Shown: positions 61,052 to 64,000 of the stretch, piece by piece
Layout: every line of letters starts with the position of its first letter
Numbering within the stretch: position 1 is the first letter of the stretch
Virus record (IMG/VR): IMGVR_UViG_3300045996_002337
Coordinates: 285,661-349,660 of that record
Length of the DNA stretch: 64,000 nucleotides
Strand: one strand, 5' to 3'
The notes under the pieces: model-generated
Told to the model about the DNA's origin: nothing
The model's database searches: none
The model's input: only the letters and a program-made list of their open reading frames with translations
Made by a program: the position numbers and the translations under genes

Positions 61052-62509
61052 TCAGTACGCGAAGAGGCGAACTTGATATGCGTTGATGTCAGCATATGTT
61101 GTACCACCCCATGACGAGGTGAACGCGACACGGGTGCCATCACGGCTGATTGAGCCAACTGGTGAGAAGAAGTAGTAATCTTCTTCAGGGAAGGCGGTGC
61201 GGTGCCAAGCGACGTTGAGGATTCGGCCATTCGGCTTCAGTTCAACGAGAGTCAGCTTGCGGTCCATCCAACGGGTGGTTTTTCCTGGTGTTTCGTGCTG
61301 AGCACTGACAAGGATCCAACCTGGCTTGTTGAAGGACTTTCCAGAGAAGTGGAATGCACGACCAGATCCGTCACCGAAGTAGGTTGCCGAGATCTTTGTA
61401 CGAACGCCAGTTTCAATGTTCGTGAAGAACAGATCACCTTCGTTTGCTGCGTAGTCGACTGAAACGTAAACGTCTTGACCTTCTGCGTTAAGCGCGACGT
61501 CACTGTGTTGCGAACCATTCAGAAGCTTACGGCTAGACGTGAAATCACGTGTCCATGCAGCTGTGCCGTTGGTTGCGTCTTCATGGCTGGTAACGCAGTA
61601 CTTGCCTGAAGGCGACATGCTCACGTGGTCAGGACGATTGCCATTGGTGTTTTTGTAACCAAGAATGGTGTTGGTCTGCATGTCCCAAGTGAATACGCCG
61701 AGTGAGTTCCAATTTGCATCGTCTACCATGAAGCACCAGTAACGGCCATCTGCAGATGGCGAACCTTCAGAACGGGTCCATGCAGCGTTTGCAGTTGGCC
61801 AACGTGCTTTAACACGAGCAGCCAAATCACCAACTACGCGTGAAACGCCAGTTGCAACGTTCAATTCATGGACGCGCATGCCGATACCAGTGATTGGTAG
61901 GTAGTAGATGAGATCTGGATCTGTTGGATGCCATTGTGGCTCAGCATCACCAGCGAGACCGGGCAGGCGCTTCTCATATGCGAGGGTGGTCGCATTGTAG
62001 GTGTGCCAGCTGCCGTCAAGGGCTGAGATTAGTTGACGCGTGTTGTTGGCGTTGAAAGCTTGACGACGTGAGTAGTCATTGCGCGCAAAGCCACTTGGTG
62101 GCTCGGAGCGGTCTGTCACACGATAAACCGGGTTACCGAATGTTGGATCTGGTGTCGCGACACCTTTTGCCGGCCGCGCTGTCGTTGGTGACGTAGCAGT
62201 CGAAGGTCCAATTACCCAGCTTCCCGAGGGTGTTGGAGTTGGAGTTGGTGTTGGAGTTGGTGTCGGGGTTGGTGTCGGGGTTGGTGTCACTTCAGGGGCG
62301 ACAACACGGAGTTTGCGGACGCAACCATATTCCGTTGTACCACCAGCTTTAGTGCCGAGACCTTTCGCGCCAGCTTCACAATATGCCAAGGTGGTGTATT
62401 CCTTGAAAAGCGTGCCATCTGGGAGGGTAAGTTCGTAAAATGGTGTTACGGTTTGGGCTTGAGCAGCCGCCGCAACCACCATCGATAGACCGATAATGAT
62501 TTTCTTCAT
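61052..62509 (-). CDS. Secreted beta-propeller protein (signal peptide, small Cys2 domain, PT linker, propeller); paralog 4
   Basis: MKKIIIGLSMVVAAAAQA signal; (PT)n; DPTFGNPVYRVTD, RNDYSRRQAFN, WHPTDP, EGSPSADGRYW; late promoter at 62564-62569. Confidence 0.7.
   Translation of the reverse strand: MKKIIIGLSMVVAAAAQAQTVTPFYELTLPDGTLFKEYTTLAYCEAGAKGLGTKAGGTTEYGCVRKLRVVAPEVTPTPTPTPTPTPTPTPTPTPSGSWVIGPSTATSPTTARPAKGVATPDPTFGNPVYRVTDRSEPPSGFARNDYSRRQAFNANNTRQLISALDGSWHTYNATTLAYEKRLPGLAGDAEPQWHPTDPDLIYYLPITGIGMRVHELNVATGVSRVVGDLAARVKARWPTANAAWTRSEGSPSADGRYWCFMVDDANWNSLGVFTWDMQTNTILGYKNTNGNRPDHVSMSPSGKYCVTSHEDATNGTAAWTRDFTSSRKLLNGSQHSDVALNAEGQDVYVSVDYAANEGDLFFTNIETGVRTKISATYFGDGSGRAFHFSGKSFNKPGWILVSAQHETPGKTTRWMDRKLTLVELKPNGRILNVAWHRTAFPEEDYYFFSPVGSISRDGTRVAFTSSWGGTTYADINAYQVRLFAY
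62229..62290 (-). repeat. (Pro-Thr)n linker, 6-bp tandem units
   Basis: About 10 PT units. Confidence 0.9.
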
Positions 62510-62628
62510 ACGTTCCTTTTGTTAATCAGGAGAGGGTTTACTACAACTACGGTACTGCGATGTTATTTAGCGAATATTGCACCAAGGAACCAAGGCCAAA
62601 ATGAGGTTCGTCTATTATTGGCTAAAAG

Positions 62629-62652
62629 AAAAGGGCCCCTAGGGGCCCTTTT
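62629..62652. terminator. Perfect 24-bp palindrome, terminator of the tail tube gene
   Basis: AAAAGGGCCCCTAGGGGCCCTTTT. Confidence 0.75.
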
Positions 62653-62671
62653 AAAGAAGTGAAACGATGTC

Positions 62672-63268
62672 TTAGACGGTAACGTTACCGCCCAGGGCTG
62701 AACCATAACCTGCTCCGGATTCGACCTTGCGAGCATGGTCAAAACGGATGGAGGTGGTGATTGTCGCGGATTCAGACGCTGAATAATCACGATCACCAAA
62801 GTCGACGTTAGTCAACCAGCAGCCTTCAAGGATCCATGAAGAGATAACTACCTCGTCACCGTCCAGTTGGTCGATACGAATGCCGAACTTGTAATCGGAA
62901 CCTGTTGCTGCGCTGTTTAGCCAACGACCATCAAGGTCAGAACCGATGATGCGCTGCTGGGTTTCCATTTGCGCTTCAATGACCTTTGTTGCGAGGCCAG
63001 TGATGTCATCCTCGAAGGTAACAGAGATCGGTTCCCACGAATGCTTACCTGCGACGTATGCAGTCGAGTTATAGCGATGCAGCACAACTTCTTCCCACGT
63101 AATGTTGGGCAGCGTGAGGTTAGTTGTTTGCATGGTCAAATTGCGCGAGTTCGCGCCAGGCACCAGTTGACCAATGTTTTGGAAGGTGATGCGGAATTTG
63201 AATTTCAGACGAGGTGCAAGAATGCCGGCGCCTGCTCCCGCAATACCCATGTTCGATAACGTTGCGAT
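62672..63268 (-). CDS. Tail tube protein (T4 gp19-like); start possibly ATC at 63268 rather than ATG at 63250
   Basis: PRLKFKFRITF, LPNITWEEV, YNS..YVAGK..WEPISVTFEDD, WILEGCW, IRFD; late promoter at 63318-63323. Confidence 0.88.
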   Translation of the reverse strand: MATLSNMGIAGAGAGILAPRLKFKFRITFQNIGQLVPGANSRNLTMQTTNLTLPNITWEEVVLHRYNSTAYVAGKHSWEPISVTFEDDITGLATKVIEAQMETQQRIIGSDLDGRWLNSAATGSDYKFGIRIDQLDGDEVVISSWILEGCWLTNVDFGDRDYSASESATITTSIRFDHARKVESGAGYGSALGGNVTV

Positions 63269-63337
63269 GATAGTCTCCTTGTGCGCGCGGGCGCGTTATG
63301 TTGAGTTTGCTTGGCTCTATTTATGAGATTTGCCTAA

Positions 63338-63730
63338 TCAAGCAGTGATTTCATGCCAGGGCTGGCCAGGCTTGTACCCAGAAATTTTGATCCACTGGTA
63401 TGGAAGTTCACCCCAAGACCTTACTCGTGTTTGGCGGTTGTCAAGAATCCAGCCTTCAGCTTCGCAGACCAAGTGACCTTCGCCTGTTTCAGTCACACAC
63501 ATTGCAATACGATTTGGCACACGGGCTTGGTTGAGAATGTAACGACAGGCAAGGGCGAAGTTGTCACAATCGCCCTTGATTGCACCTGCTTCAATCTGCT
63601 GTGCAATGTACTTTGGATCTTCCCACCGTTCTGGGTGGCCGTACCAGGTTTGATCGTCAACGTACTCAAAAATTGAGTGAACGTAGGCAAACGTTTCCTT
63701 GACCTTGGTGAATTCAGTTTCAGTTAGCAT
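63338..63730 (-). CDS. Transglutaminase-like cysteine protease (BTLCP/LapG-like), catalytic part
   Basis: YVDD..WYG..E.W..P, GDCDNFAL, TGEGHLVC, WILDNR (Cys-His-Asp triad). Confidence 0.82.
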   Translation of the reverse strand: MLTETEFTKVKETFAYVHSIFEYVDDQTWYGHPERWEDPKYIAQQIEAGAIKGDCDNFALACRYILNQARVPNRIAMCVTETGEGHLVCEAEGWILDNRQTRVRSWGELPYQWIKISGYKPGQPWHEITA

Positions 63731-63918
63731 TGTACACCTCTCACTCTTCCTTCAACACACCCAATGGGCGGTGCAGTTTCTCTACCCGTCGGAATTGACG
63801 TCGTTTGTGGAACTACAACAGTAGGCGGCGGCGTAGAAATAGGCGGGGTTTTTGGTAGGGGCTCAAAGCCAGCGCATCCACTTAACGCCATCACCATTGC
63901 GGCTATGATCATCTTCAT
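63724..63918 (-). CDS. Small lipoprotein; may be the N-terminal part of the BTLCP protease
   Basis: Lipobox LSGC; ends TAPPIGCVEGRVRGVQC; stop overlaps protease ATG. Confidence 0.65.
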   Translation of the reverse strand: MKMIIAAMVMALSGCAGFEPLPKTPPISTPPPTVVVPQTTSIPTGRETAPPIGCVEGRVRGVQC

Positions 63919-63941
63919 TCACATTCCTCCTCGGAGACCAG

Positions 63942-63970
63942 AAAAGCCAAGGAGAGAAACCCTCCTTGGC
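63942..63970 (-). terminator. Intrinsic terminator
   Basis: GCCAAGGAG...CTCCTTGGC followed by TTTT on minus strand. Confidence 0.7.
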
Positions 63971-64000
63971 GCACTCTATGCGATGGCGTATATTGTATTT

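Noticed and set aside
1-64000. CRISPR array, rRNA, group I/II introns, integrase or transposase
   Set aside because: No spaced direct repeats or conserved RNA motifs seen; nrdA, nrdB, terL, uvsX and uvsW are uninterrupted
1-64000. Stop-codon reassignment (TAG/TGA recoding)
   Set aside because: Core genes are full length under the standard code, and TAG and TGA both occur as genuine terminators

Overview
This is a 64 kb segment of a large lytic tailed phage (jumbo myovirus with a T4-like core). All supported genes but one lie on the minus strand.
The T4-like replication/recombination set is the clamp loader gp44/gp62, gp32 SSB, UvsX, UvsY and UvsW. A minimal DnaE (Pol III alpha-like) polymerase is split into two separate genes without inteins.
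Nucleotide metabolism genes are nrdA, nrdB, glutaredoxin and dCMP deaminase. Other recognisable genes are GroES, a GH108 endolysin, a holin candidate, an Acb1-like anti-CBASS phosphodiesterase and several RNA-repair-type enzymes.
A ~15 kb fibre/adhesin block holds three beta-propeller paralogs, an SGNH esterase and a collagen fibre; a GH16 glycanase and a fourth, secreted propeller lie elsewhere. The morphogenesis block contains TerL, a catalytically degenerate TerL-ATPase paralog, probable TerS, gp4 and tail tube genes.
The most striking accessory system lies between the terminase genes (54.3-58.6 kb): late-region genes whose products start with a T4 internal-protein-like capsid-targeting sequence, including three ADP-ribosyltransferase-like paralogs and a P-loop kinase.
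Regulatory signals are legible: TAAATA late promoters, a phage-specific early promoter family (TGTACA-N16/17-TATAAT with a conserved CGCAGGTTG spacer), several apparently leaderless genes and a possible AUC start on the tail tube gene.
Affinity to RaK2/GAP32-like jumbo phages is my inference from gene content and was not verified. I found no tRNA, rRNA, CRISPR array, integrase, intron or reverse transcriptase. All assignments come from motif recognition by eye; no database search was run.
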